From positions 100,254,001-100,318,000 of the forward strand of contig NC_042999.1 in NCBI RefSeq assembly GCF_006345805.1: 64,000 bases of DNA, in the 5' to 3' direction. The stretch comes from Octopus sinensis (taxonomy: Eukaryota). The notes below the pieces were generated by a model. That model did not search any database and was not told the origin of the DNA. It saw only the letters and a list, made by a program, of their open reading frames with translations. Of this stretch, positions 1 through 12,053 are shown piece after piece; within the stretch, counting starts at the first letter, position 1; the number at the start of each line of letters is the position of its first letter. Both the position numbers and the translations under genes were made by a program.

Positions 1-340
1 TACGAATGTATATAGATACAGAATGTATAAAGATACACAATTTTCTTGTCTATACGCGTGCACGTGTACACACACACATGCAAATGTACGCATACATATG
101 TGTGTATACGCATATACATAGATATCTGTATGTGCGAATGTATGTAGATACAGAATGTATATAGATAGCTATACGTATTGGATGGGATGCAGACATGTAT
201 ATACGTCAGTTTATAGATACGCATATGTGTGAGTGTGTGTGTGCGCGTGTGTGTGTACATATATATACATTTATATATCTGTATATATGTATATATATGT
301 GTGTATATATGTATATGTATATATGTATATATACATACAT

Positions 341-373
<33 letters not shown>

Positions 374-484
374 AATATGTGTGTATTCTTTTACATGTTT
401 CTGCTTAAGTACATATATAAACATTATATATAGATATATATATATACACACACACACATATTTATATACCTATATATTTATATA

Positions 485-523
<39 letters not shown>

Positions 524-1145
524 GTATATGTATATATACATGTATTTATCTATGTATCTATGTATGCATGTATATATACATAAACAGAGAGGGTGAAAGT
601 GAAAGAGAAGAGTGGGAACGTGAATGAGTGAGTGAATAAGTTACTACTGGAGTGAGAGAGTGAGATAGTGAGTGGCGCATCCGTCAGTGATAAAAATCGA
701 CAGGATAAGTAATTTATGATGCAGAGAATATTGAGGATGTCAATTAGTATATTTTCCTCTTCCACATAACTAGTTTCATAATATGAAACAAATTAAACTG
801 GAGCAATTAAAATCTTCAATCCTTTCGACTTTATTTGGATTCCTTCTTTTTTAGAGTCCTAGTCGTGTGTATTTCCGTACACTAATGCTATATATATATA
901 TATATTATATTTATATGTATATATAATATATATATATAGATATTATATATATATATTTGTATATATATATAATATATATAATATATATATATTTATATAT
1001 ATAGATATATATATTATATATATATATATTATATATATATATTTATATATTTATATACATGTGTGTATATATATATATATACACACATTTATATACAACT
1101 ATGAGTATGTGTATGTATACCCACATCTATATCTATATCTATATC

Positions 1146-1184
<39 letters not shown>

Positions 1185-1360
1185 ACAGCGATAGAGAGAG
1201 AGATATATACAAATAGTTATATACATACATGCATACATACAAACAGAGAGAGGGGGAGGGAGATATATATAAATAGATACATACATACATGCATACATCT
1301 ATATACGTATATATTCATATATAATGCGTGTGTATATGTGTATACGTGTGTGAGTGTATG
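1..1360. repeat. Compound (TA)n/(TG)n/(CA)n/(TATG)n microsatellite field
   Basis: Dinucleotide and tetranucleotide runs read directly, with a short non-repeat island at about 590-880. Confidence 0.95.
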
Positions 1361-1574
1361 ACGTCTATGTTGTCCGAAACCTCAAAACCACTGTCAACAC
1401 TAGTCTAGTAGGAGAATAATAAATATCTGCTTGAAAAAAACTGAGTGTAATCCTTATCAGCCTAATCTAAATTTTTTTATGTTATAACACGATATAAAAC
1501 AAACATGCGTGTGTGTGTTAGAGGCTGGTGTTACTCATATATATATATATATATATACAAGCACACACACAAAC

Positions 1575-1618
<44 letters not shown>

Positions 1619-1620
<2 letters not shown>

Positions 1621-2060
1621 AAGCGCAATGGCCTCGCGGTCTGAGGATTGCGTTTTCGATTCCGGCATTGTGAATGTTTATTGAGCAAAAACACCTAAAG
1701 CTCCGCGAGGCTCCGGCAGGGGCGGGTGGTGAACCCTGCTGTATTCTTTCACCACAACTTTCTCTCACTCTTTCTTCCTATTTCTGTTGTACCTGTATTT
1801 CAAAGGGCCAGCCTTGTCACATTCTGTGTCACGCTGAATCTCCTCGAGAACTACGTTAAGGGTACACGTGTCTGTGGAGTGCTCAGCCACTTGCACGTTA
1901 ATAAATGAGCTGCGACGTCACTGGTGCCCTTTTCCCTTGGATAACATCGGTGGCGTGGAAAGGGGAGGCTGGTATGCGTGGGTGGCTGCTGGTCTTCCAT
2001 GAACAACCTTACCCAGACTCGTACCTCAGAGGGTAACTTTCTAGGTGCAATTCCATGGTC

Positions 2061-2063
<3 letters not shown>
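1619..2063 (+). mobile_element. tRNA-derived SINE, local family C
   Basis: Head GGAAGCGCAATGGCCTCGCGG (A-box-like) and TTCGATTCC (B-box-like), then TTGAGCAAAAACAC shared with the copy at 3872. Flanked by (TG)n and (TA)n. Confidence 0.7.
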
Positions 2064-2136
<73 letters not shown>

Positions 2137-2148
2137 CATATACATACA

Positions 2149-2359
2149 TGAGGGATGCCGAAAAGTCCCTGGCCTCGGTTTAAGAAAATAAAGGGGCATC
2201 AGTTAATTATGATTTTATTCAGCATATTCCCCTCTCAGATTCACACACTGATAGCAGCGGCCCTTGAGTTTTTCTCAGCCCTGTAAAACTAATCGGAAAG
2301 ATGAGCCTCCAACCAGGCCTTTCATGACACTCTTAAAGCCAGGAACTTTGCAGCACACA
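2149..2359. mobile_element. Mariner-type MITE (~215 bp), copy 1
   Basis: Terminal inverted repeats TGAGGGATGCCGAAAAGTCCCTGGC / GCCAGGAACTTTGCAGCAC. Aligns along its length with 19096-19312. Confidence 0.8.
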
Positions 2360-2485
2360 CACATACGCACACAGATGCACGCACACACACATACACATAC
2401 ACATATATAATACATACATGTTTATTTGCGTGTGTGCGTGTGTGTATATATTCCCTATATGATTCCCATCATACATACATCATAC

Positions 2486-2524
<39 letters not shown>

Positions 2525-2526
2525 AT

Positions 2527-2757
2527 TTATACTCTTTATTCTTTTACTCTTTTACTCGTTTCAGTCATTTGACTGCGGCCATGCTGGAGCACCGCCTTTA
2601 ATCGAGCAACTCGACCCCAGGACTTATTCTTTTGTAAGCCCAGTACTTATTCTATCGGTCTCTTTTGCCGAACAGCTAAGTAACGGGGACATAAACACAC
2701 CAGCACCGGTTGTCAAGCAATGCTAGGGGGACAAACACAGACACACAAACATACACT

Positions 2758-2809
<52 letters not shown>

Positions 2810-2987
2810 TACGACGGGCTTCTTTTCAGTTTCCGTCTACCAAATCCACTCACAAGGCTTTGGTCGGCCCGAGACTATAGTAGAAGACACTTGCCCAAGG
2901 TGCCACGCAGTGGGACTGAACCCAGAACATAGTGGTTGGTAAACAAGCTACTTACCACACAGCCACTCCTGCGCCTATGTATGCATA
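2527..2987 (-). mobile_element. tRNA-derived SINE, local family A, with internal (TA)n
   Basis: Reverse complement begins ATAGGCGCAGGAGTGGCTGTGTGGTAAG...GGTTCAGTCCC...GGCACCTTGGGCAAGTG and ends in an (AAAGAGT)-like tail. Matches copies at 15600, 28775 and 33870. Confidence 0.85.
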
Positions 2988-3046
2988 GAGAAAATATATA
3001 TATACGTATGTATATATATGTATATGTATGTATGTATGTATGTATG

Positions 3047-3080
<34 letters not shown>

Positions 3081-3257
3081 CATTCTTAACGACATTTCGT
3101 CCGTCTTTATGTTCTGATTTCAAACTCCGCGAGGTCTACTTTACCTTTCATCATTTCGAGGTTGACAAATTAAGTACCAGTTGAGTACTGGGGTCGATGT
3201 GATCGACTAAGACCCTCACTAAAAATTCCAGGCCATACGCCTTTAGCAGAAAAAATC
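3081..3257 (+). mobile_element. SINE family B, 5'-truncated, followed by (AGT)n
   Basis: TTTCGTCCGTCTTTATGTTCTGA...CCTTTCATC...AAGTACCAG...GGGGTCGATG core shared with about ten other copies. Confidence 0.8.
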
Positions 3258-3311
<54 letters not shown>

Positions 3312-3338
3312 TGTAGTAGTAGTAGTAGTAGTAGTAGT

Positions 3339-3550
3339 AAGGCGGCAAACTGGCAGAATCGTTAGCACGCCGGAGTAAATGCTTAGAAGCATTTCCTTCA
3401 TCTTTACGTTCGTAGTTCAAATGCCGCCAAGGTTGACTTTGCCTTTCATCCTCCTAGGATCGATAAAACAAGTGCCATTTGAGCAATGTGTCCGATGTAG
3501 TCGATATAAGACCTCCCTCGAAATTGCTAGCCTCGTGCCAATATATGAAA
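3339..3550 (+). mobile_element. SINE family B, full length
   Basis: AAGGCGGCAAACTGGCAGAATCGTTAGCACGCCGG head, GTTCAAAT B-box-like motif, shared core, (ATT)n tail. Confidence 0.85.
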
Positions 3551-3871
3551 TCATCATTATTATTATTGCCTAACGTTTTGATTTGCTTTAATTTATATGA
3601 GTTGCACCCAAGTCTCAACTAGACGTCTGAGAAAACGAAGTTTGCATCTAAAGATGTTAACAGATGAGGAGATATGCAAATGGTTACACAGATGTCTGTG
3701 GGAGAAAAATCACACTGTGAATAAAATTGCATTTACATAGAGAGGAATAGAAAAATAAATATGAGGTACCCATAAGTATGATTTGTTTATAATTCGCTTC
3801 TCTTCTGTCCGCTTTGCCAGGGTTTGGTCTTCATAATTTTTTTTGTTCCTCTTGATATCATCCCAAGAGGA

Positions 3872-4030
3872 AGTGCGTGGCTTAGTGGTTAGGGTGTTTG
3901 ACTGATAATCGTAAGACTGTGGTTCCTATTCTTGGACCGGGCGACGCGTTGTGTTCTTGAGCAAAACACTTCATTTCACGTTGCAAAAATGAGTAATCCT
4001 GCGACGGACCGACGTCTCATCCAAGTAGGG
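3872..4030 (+). mobile_element. tRNA-derived SINE related to family C, 3'-truncated
   Basis: TGGCTTAGTGGTTAGG A-box, GGTTCCTATTC B-box-like, TTGTGTTCTTGAGCAAAACACTT central motif. Ends in a fold-back palindrome. Confidence 0.7.
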
Positions 4031-4113
4031 AATATATTCCCCACTTGGACGAGACATTAAAGAATATTTATTGTTGTTATTATTATTATCATTATTATTA
4101 TTATTGTTGTTGG

Positions 4114-4177
<64 letters not shown>

Positions 4178-4180
4178 ATT

Positions 4181-4790
4181 ACTATTCAGTAGTCTTATTT
4201 TTATAACGTGCTTTCACTGCACTACCGAGCGCAGCTCTCTGTGCCTTGGGTATGTGCTGTGGTTTGCTGTGATACTCTTATGGTTACTGTATTGAAAGTG
4301 TTTTACGTAGGATGTGTGCAGTGCCTAGTAGTGCTGCTTTCTGTATATTATATATATTTGTTAGTCCTGGTGTTTTTGTTATGTATTTGTCTATTTTTCA
4401 GGTTGGGTAGTATTGAACCCAATGCACCGATGACAATAGGGACAACCTTTATGTTTGACTCTTGTAGCTGCCACATCTTAGCGATCTCAGTTTTCAGGTC
4501 TCCATATTTATCAAGCTTTTTTTTTTCTTTCATGATAATATGTTGATATCTTGGCACTGCCACGTCGATTATTAGGCACACTTGTTTGTCCCTCCTGAAG
4601 GTTACTATATCCAACCTTCAGTGCTCTAACGCTTTCTCCACCTTCTCCTTTTTGTCCATTACTTTTTCCGGTGTATGTTGGTACCAACCACCCATTACCT
4701 CGTATCCATATTTCTGGCATAGTAGCCAGTGAAGGTTGTCGTGCCTGTGCTTATACTATTTCTGCGCAAGACATTCAAGAATATTTTTTA
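4181..4790 (-). mobile_element. R4/Dong-type non-LTR retrotransposon 3' fragment (RLE domain), apparently chimeric
   Basis: Minus-strand translation HRHD..HW..C.KYG, LDIV..., IIDVAVP, KLDKYGDL, VVPIVIGALG, then after a frameshift KYITKTPGLTNIYNIQKAALLGTAHILRKTLSIQ*. The 3' UTR matches 8381-8477. Flanked by (TAA)n and (AAC)n. Confidence 0.85.
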
Positions 4791-4808
4791 TCATTATTAT
4801 TATTATTA

Positions 4809-4884
<76 letters not shown>

Positions 4885-4999
4885 GACCCTCTTGGTCTCC
4901 TGGTAACCGCCCAGTGTGTTCATACCTTTAGACGTCCATGGAAAGACCTAGATATAGCTCATACACAAATGATCTTTCATTTTTCGTAATACTTCATGC

Positions 5000-5044
5000 A
5001 AATACAATTTTATACACACACAGACGCACACACATACACACACA

Positions 5045-5082
<38 letters not shown>

Positions 5083-5308
5083 TATATACATATATATACT
5101 GTATATATGTGCATTAGTAAATTTATGTATGCCTAAATGTGTATACTTGGCGGCTGGTGCTTTAGTGTAGTTTATCTTTTCCAAGTAGCTATAATGGATA
5201 TTTGCATGTGTTCGTAAGCGTTTTTTCTGTATACGCATTTCACATATATGATTGTGTGTCTGTGTGCATGTGAGTATCTATTTGTGTGTATATATGTTTG
5301 TATGTGTG

Positions 5309-5350
<42 letters not shown>

Positions 5351-5495
5351 ATATATTCACACACACATATAGACATACATACATTCACACATTTATCATA
5401 TATATATAAATAAATATATATATATATAATATATATATATATAATATATATTATATATATATATATATTATATATAATATATATATATATCTACG
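5000..5495. repeat. (CA)n/(TG)n/(TA)n microsatellite field
   Basis: Read directly. Confidence 0.9.
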
Positions 5496-5949
5496 CTTAC
5501 ATACGCTCAACACTACATACATGTAAGTTTCTACTTGTAACTGCGTGTGTGCTGTTGTAGAAGCATGTACGTATTCATTTATATATAAGTTTGTTGAAAA
5601 GAATACGATGGTACACATAGAAGAATTGTATATTTTAATAACTTCGACAGACTTGTTCACATCATATATTTCACTAAACTCGCTTGTCAACACGAACAAT
5701 TATTTCTTATAACAGCATTATAAAAGGAGATAAATAAAAAGATTACTTATTTTATTCCAAACTTTACAAATGATATCTTTTATTTTCTTTGATACATTTA
5801 TGATACTTTTTTTTTCGTTTTCTGCTTTGTTTACTGTCTTTCGTTGCATAAAACCTTTTTCTTTTCTTCCTTGTTTGTTTGTTTGTTTTTTGTATTAATT
5901 TTCTCTAATTTAAAAACAAGAACATATAATTCATTTAAACTAAATAAAT

Positions 5950-6162
5950 TACATACATACATTTATATACATGCATACATACATACACACATACATACAA
6001 ATATATATAAACATATACACGTGCGCCCACACACACATACACACACGCACAAACACACACACACACAAGCATAACACACACACACATATTCATGAATGGA
6101 AATATATGTGCACATTCACACGCACTCATGCGCACATACGCGGGCAAAAAAACATCATATAT

Positions 6163-6229
<67 letters not shown>

Positions 6230-6418
6230 AGAGAGGGAAAATGAGAGAAAAAAAGATAAGTATTTGCATACGCATATATGTATAATTGTTCGGGGTGTAC
6301 ATATATATATATGTGTGTGTGTGTGTATGTATGTATGTATGCATGTATGTATATGTATATATACGTATATATATATGCATATATATGCATATATATTACA
6401 TATATATATATATATTAC

Positions 6419-6463
<45 letters not shown>

Positions 6464-6550
6464 AACATATATATATGTATATATATATATACATACATAT
6501 ATATACATATAAATACATATATATATATATATATATATATATGTATAATT

Positions 6551-6605
<55 letters not shown>

Positions 6606-6660
6606 TATATATATACATATATACATATATGTGTGTGTGTATTTAATTTTGTATGTTTAC
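5950..6660. repeat. (CATA)n/(CA)n/(GA)n/(TA)n microsatellite field
   Basis: Read directly. Confidence 0.9.
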
Positions 6661-6810
6661 ATTGTGTAGAAAATACAAACGATTAAATTGTCTGTTATTT
6701 ATTGTTTTAGATAAGTATAATAGTAGAATTTTGTTAAAACAGACTAGAAATGTTTTAAAGAAAGATGAAATTGCATTGCATTTATATAATAATGATAATA
6801 TCAATAATAA

Positions 6811-7808
6811 TTTCTTTTATTTGTCACAGGGGCATCATAATAGGGAAACATTACAAAGACTGGTTACAATTTGTGGCTGGGGTTACATGTAGATAAGGGT
6901 AAAGGTAATATAAAGTGGGTGAAATGAAATAAAAATATACATAGTACACAAATATTTGAACACATGAATGAAACAGCCTTCATGATACAGAAGGATCTCC
7001 AACAAGTACCAATCGAGGAACTCACAGAGCTAGGCCTCTTTCCACGTGGAACTTTAGGAAGTAGATGACGGCTTCACGGAAGGAGCAGGTGTCTTTCCTC
7101 AATTCATTCAGCCTTGTCCACCACACAACCTCCTTCGCAATAGCCGCTAAACAAAGTCACACAACTTGCTCTGCCCTGCCGTGGGTCAATTCTATAATGG
7201 ATTCGGCCGATAGTCGGAATCGTCCTGCACACGAGAACAAGTTGTTCGACATAAGTCCACAAATTAGCAGTGGTCGGACACAGCACGAGTGCATGCAGTA
7301 CGGTTTCGCCGCTCTGAGCAGATCTCGGGTATGTTGAGTTTATCTCAAAACGACCGAGCCCCTCTGTAGCATCACCAGGCCAGGGATCTATGGATGTTAT
7401 CCTCGGTACTTCTTGGTCAAAACGTCCATCGAAACAGTCCAGATAGTTCACCGTTGTCGATGCTTTGAGTTTCTCCGAGAATATCATCGTTCTTAGTCCC
7501 CATTAAGCCTCCATATATTACTAATGTATAATAGATTCTTCCATAGACCATGGACCGCATTGTCCAATTGTAGTGGGTGCTGAACGCTTGGCGGTATTTC
7601 ATATCCCAGACTCCTATTCTTGGTCTTTTCTGCAGAAAGACGTGTCGTACAAACGGGGACCTCACCGGCTCACAATATCTGTAGATGGCATAGATTCTGC
7701 ACGTGTCTACAAACCAGCAACTACGACATGCTATATCCGCTTTCCTGGCGGTTCTAGCAACAGATCGATCACCTGGCCAGTGAAACACGTCCTTTCCACA
7801 AGAGGCGG
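6811..7808 (-). mobile_element. L1/Tx1-type LINE 3' fragment (zinc knuckle and 3' UTR)
   Basis: Minus ORF 7104-7487 contains YPRSAQSGETVLHALVLCPTTANLWTYVEQL (degenerate C-x2-C...ET..H....CP....W). A shifted frame gives AIAKEVVWWTRL. AATAAA lies near the 3' end at about 6816-6821. Confidence 0.7.
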
Positions 7809-7830
7809 AATAATAACAATGATGATGATG

Positions 7831-7910
<80 letters not shown>
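7809..7910. repeat. (AAT)n microsatellite
   Basis: Read directly; immediately 5' of a Dong-like insertion. Confidence 0.95.
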
Positions 7911-7911
<1 letters not shown>

Positions 7912-8477
7912 GAACCTACATAGATTGGAAGCTATGCCAACATTATGGAATAACACAGAAAAAGAGATAGGTTTAGGCACACACCAGAAAAGGTACAGAA
8001 GAACGAGAAAGCAACCATACTCTGGGATATGCCGATACACACAGATAGAGAATTAAGGCCAACATACCAGATATAGTTGTCAGAGATCATGAAGGAAAAA
8101 ATGCTTTCTAATTGATGTATCAATACCGGCAGATGACAACGTGTCTCTAAAAGAAATGGAGAAACTCTCAAAATACAAAGACCTGGAAATAGAGGTAACT
8201 AGAATTTGGAATCTGAAAACAGAAACAATTCCTATCATAGTAGGTGCATTAGACATGATAAAAAAATATTCAGACAAATACATAACAAAAACACCAGGAC
8301 TTACAAACACGTATAACATACAGAAAATTGCACTACTAGGCACTGCACACATCCTACGCAGAACACTTTCCATACAATAACCATCAGAGCATCACAACAA
8401 ATCACAGCACATACCCAAGGCACACAGAGCTGCGCTCGGTAGTGAAGTGAAAGCACGCTATAAAAATAAAGCTACTG
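7911..8477 (+). mobile_element. R4/Dong-type LINE, 5'-truncated (RLE domain), copy 1
   Basis: PEKVQKNEKATILWDMPIHTDRE...PDIVVRDHE...LIDVSIPADDNVSLKEMEKLSKYKDLEIEVTRIWNLKTETIPIIVGAL...ALLGTAHILRRTLSIQ*, short 3' UTR, (TAA)n tail. Confidence 0.9.
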
Positions 8478-8500
8478 ATAATAATAATAATAAATAATAA

Positions 8501-8531
<31 letters not shown>

Positions 8532-8650
8532 AAGAAGAAGAAGAAGACGAAGAGAGAAGAAGCAGAAAGAAGAAGAAGAAGAAGAAGAAGAAGAAGAAGA
8601 AGAAGAAGAGAAGAAAAAGAAGAAGAAGAAGAAGAAGAAGAAGAAGAAGA
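8478..8650. repeat. (AAT)n-(GAA)n microsatellite
   Basis: Read directly. Confidence 0.95.
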
Positions 8651-9106
8651 ATTTTTACAGATATAGATACCAACGTTACCTACAATTACACACTGTTAGA
8701 AGATCAGGGCTAATCGACCAGATATTGTTGTCAGGGGCTAGAAAAGAGAAGAAATCCCTCCTGATGAACATAAAAGTCCCAAAAGATGATAATATATCGA
8801 TGTAGAAATTATTAAATTCTGTAAATGAAGATAATCCAAATGTGGACCTAAAAACAGAAGCAATTCCTACAATAATAGGTGCTTTGAGAATGACCAAAAC
8901 TATGCAGAAGAATACATGACTAGAAGTCCAGGACTTATAAATATGCATGACATACAGAATTAGCAAAGCTAGGTACCATACACTTTCTTACGCAGATAGA
9001 CTACTTTCAATATAGTAAAAATAACAAATCGAAACAAAATACCCAAGGTACTCAGAGCTGTGCTTGGTATTGCAGTGAAAGCACGTAATAAAAATTAGAC
9101 AACTGA
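8651..9106 (+). mobile_element. R4/Dong-type LINE, older degraded copy 2
   Basis: Co-linear with 7911-8477 (GCTAATCGACCAGATATTGTTGTC, AAAACAGAAGCAATTCCTAC, GCAGTGAAAGCACGTAATAAAAAT) with many substitutions. Followed by (GAT)n/(AGT)n. Confidence 0.75.
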
Positions 9107-9169
9107 TAAAGAAGATGGTGATAATGATGATGATGATGATGACGACGACGATGACGAGGATGATGGTGA

Positions 9170-9218
<49 letters not shown>

Positions 9219-9767
9219 TCGAAAAAACTTCATGTGCTTAAATGTGAAGCTGTCATATACAAATATGTTTATTACACTTTGCTAACGATATTTGACGACT
9301 TATCCACATGTCCGTCTCTATATTTGTCTATCTACTTATCTCACAATCTATTTAATATTTTTTTTATTTCACCATGTATTTTTTTTATTTCCCCACGGGC
9401 ATCGATTTAGCACGTTCTTTTCCTGTCTAATGTTTAAGTATTAGTGTGCATCTATTTAACATTATCTTCTTCCGCCTATCACTTGATAAAGGTGCATGTG
9501 TGCGTGCGTGCATGTGTGCGTGCATGCATGTGTGCGCGTATATGTGCGCGTGTGCCAACAGGCGTGTATGTATGAGTGAGTAAATCTGTGTCTCTGCTTG
9601 TACACACGTGCGTGTATGTGTGTATGTGTGTATATATGTGATGCGTGAGTGTTGTGCATTTCTTGCTGTCATTTCTGATCAATGAAATTAGAACCCGCAT
9701 ATCCATAGAGAAATATCCGTATAATAGCAAATGCTCATAGTCTGGTTGTGTATTCAAATAAAAGTGA

Positions 9768-9900
9768 CAAGCATTTCTCAGCCGGGGTTCACCGGAACCC
9801 TAGGGTTCCGTAAAAGGTTGCTAGGGGTTCCGCGAGGAAGAGTGAGATAAGCCAAAAGCCAATACTAATTTCATGATCGTGATATCACTATACATGCACA
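9768..9900 (+). mobile_element. hAT-like MITE left end
   Basis: CAAGCATTTCTCAGCCGGGGTTCACCGGAACCCTAGGGTTCCG resembles CAGTGTTTCTCAACC-type hAT termini and includes the subterminal palindrome GGAACCCTAGGGTTCC. The right end was not found. Confidence 0.45.
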
Positions 9901-9943
9901 ACATATTATTGGTTATTGTAATATTATATATATATATAATTTG

Positions 9944-10179
9944 TTTATTTGTGAATTAAGGCTGGTTTCATGTAAGAAAAGTAGGAAAATATCCAAGTGT
10001 CTTGATTTTTCAAGCTGATCACATGGATAAAGGTGTTCGCATTCATCTGAAGCTATGTTTTACAAAATGGAGGCGTACACCTTTGTTCATGTGATCGGCT
10101 TGAAAAATTGTTAAGGGACTAGGATATTTTCCTACTTTTCTTAACATGAAATCAATGGTAGCCTTAATTCACAAATAAA
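9944..10179. repeat. Imperfect inverted repeat (~110-bp arms)
   Basis: TTTATTTGTGAATTAAGGCT...AAGAAAAGTAGGAAAATATCC...TTTCAAGCTGATCACATG pairs with CATGTGATCGGCTTGAAA...GGATATTTTCCTACTTTTCTT...AGCCTTAATTCACAAATAAA. Confidence 0.9.
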
Positions 10180-10229
10180 GGAACTATATCTACCACCGCA
10201 GCGTTGAGCACTCATTTTCATCGTTTGAT

Positions 10230-11390
10230 GCGCCTTCTTTTGCCAACCTAGTGATGGGATACCTCGAGAAAATACTCTACCAGAAAACACTCGAGAAATA
10301 TGGAAACACTTACTCCACCTATATCCAGAACAACTGGAAAAGATACCTCGACGACTGATTCATCCTCTGGGATAAAAGTATAGAGAAACTTGAGGAATTT
10401 AAAATACTATAAATGGAATAAATGAGTATATTCAGTTCACGATGGATCATAACGAAGAAGAATTGCCATTTTTAGACATCCTCATTAAGAAAGTCAGAAA
10501 CAAAATAGAGACAGATATCTATTATAAACTGGCAGACTCCAAGCAGTACCTACCCTTTGATTCATGCCACCCAAGACACACTAGAATAAATGTCCCATTT
10601 TGTTTAGCTAGAAGGATTTGCACCATAATATCAGACACAAACACCCGACACACACGTCTCCAGGAACTTAGAACTACAATTATAAATAGAAATTATCCAC
10701 ATCTCCTAATAGACAGTGCAATCCAACGAGCACTTAAATTAAGTATAGAAGACCTGAGACAAACAAAACCAGAAAAGAAAGAAAAATTAAAAAACCTTCC
10801 CTACATCTCTACACACAACCACACTTAACAATGAGCCTTCACACCATACTACACAAAGCACAGCCCTACTAAAGGGAGACCCAAAGATGAACCGGATTCC
10901 TCGAAACACACACCATCATTAAAAGTAAACGGCAACCAAAATCCTTGAAAAGATTTTAACCCAAGCTAAACTGCACTCAACATCAACCACAAAACCAAGT
11001 TAGAAAATGTGGAAAGCCCAACTGCGGAATCTGTGTCATCTTGGTAGAAGGTTCAGAATTCACATTAGAACAAGGCCATCAGTTTACCATCAGAACAAAC
11101 TTCACCTGTGCATCAGAAAACTTAATTTACGTCTTAACATGCGCAGGTTGCAATAGGCAGTATATAGGCCATACAAAAACAGCGTACAAAAAGGATGGCG
11201 GTGCATAAATCCCAAATTAGAACTCCTGAATACCGGAAAATACCAGTCAGCGGATAGATGTGCTTCAAATAAAAATCCGAAATTTACCACTTGCCCACTT
11301 TACAAATTCAGTGACAGCGTAACCTTCACTCAACGCCAAAATAAAGAACTTTATTTCATTAAAAAATTTAGACCAAGTTTGAACCCCTGG
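10230..11390 (+). mobile_element. Penelope-like element fragment: RT C-terminal half, thumb and GIY-YIG endonuclease (pseudogenised)
   Basis: APSFANLVMGYLE...WKRYLDD*FILW...FTMDHNEEELPFLDILI...TDIYYK...YLPFDSCHPRH...VPFCLARRICTI; Cys-rich KCGKPNCGIC; NFTCASENLIYVLTCAGCNRQYIGHT; ends FIKKFRPSLN. Several stops and frameshifts. Confidence 0.9.
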
Positions 11391-11574
11391 GCCAGGAATA
11401 TAAAACAAAACATTGGTCTTCCGAAAAGAAAAATGGAAATCCTCCACAACCACCACGATCATACGACTGCTACCACTATCACTAATAACTACACCAAAAC
11501 CACCATGGTCACTACTATTACTACTTACAATCAAACATTCGTCCACTACTGCTGCTGCTACGGCCACAGCTTGA

Positions 11575-11800
11575 AACTGCTGCAACCCAACCCACCACCA
11601 CGTTACACACTACTACGACCAACGTAACTGCTACTAACTGCTATTTCAGCCACTGGTCATTCTGATGCTACTACTACTGCACAGCTAAGCCGCTACAACA
11701 ACCAAGCTGCTGAACCCCAGCCACCACCCACGGTTACTACTACTACGACCAACACATCACTACTTTCACTGCTACTACCCATTTCAGTCGCGGGTCATTC
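11575..11800. repeat. Degenerate two-unit tandem duplication (~128-bp period)
   Basis: GCTGC..AACCC..CCACCA..CACG.TTAC..ACTACTACGACCAAC...ATTTCAG.C.C.GGTCATTC occurs twice. Confidence 0.7.
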
Positions 11801-11953
11801 GAACGAAAGCTAAAAAAAAACACCACGTGGATCCTGTTGAGACCACAAGAAACAATTATGAACTTCTTTATTAACACTCAACTTGAAATTTATAGCTATT
11901 ATACCTAACTACCGACAAACACCACTACATGGATTCTATTGAGACCAGTAAGA

Positions 11954-12053
11954 NNNNNNNNNNNNNNNNNNNNNNNNNNNNNNNNNNNNNNNNNNNNNNN
12001 NNNNNNNNNNNNNNNNNNNNNNNNNNNNNNNNNNNNNNNNNNNNNNNNNNNNN
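11954..12053. other. Assembly gap (100 N)
   Basis: Run of N. Confidence 1.

Noticed and set aside
1619-1700. tRNA-like A and B boxes here and at other SINE heads
   Set aside because: No complete cloverleaf; these are multi-copy SINE heads, not tRNA genes.
11785-11815. GAAAGCTA with palindromic AGCT downstream of the PLE
   Set aside because: No CUGANGA or stem II upstream.
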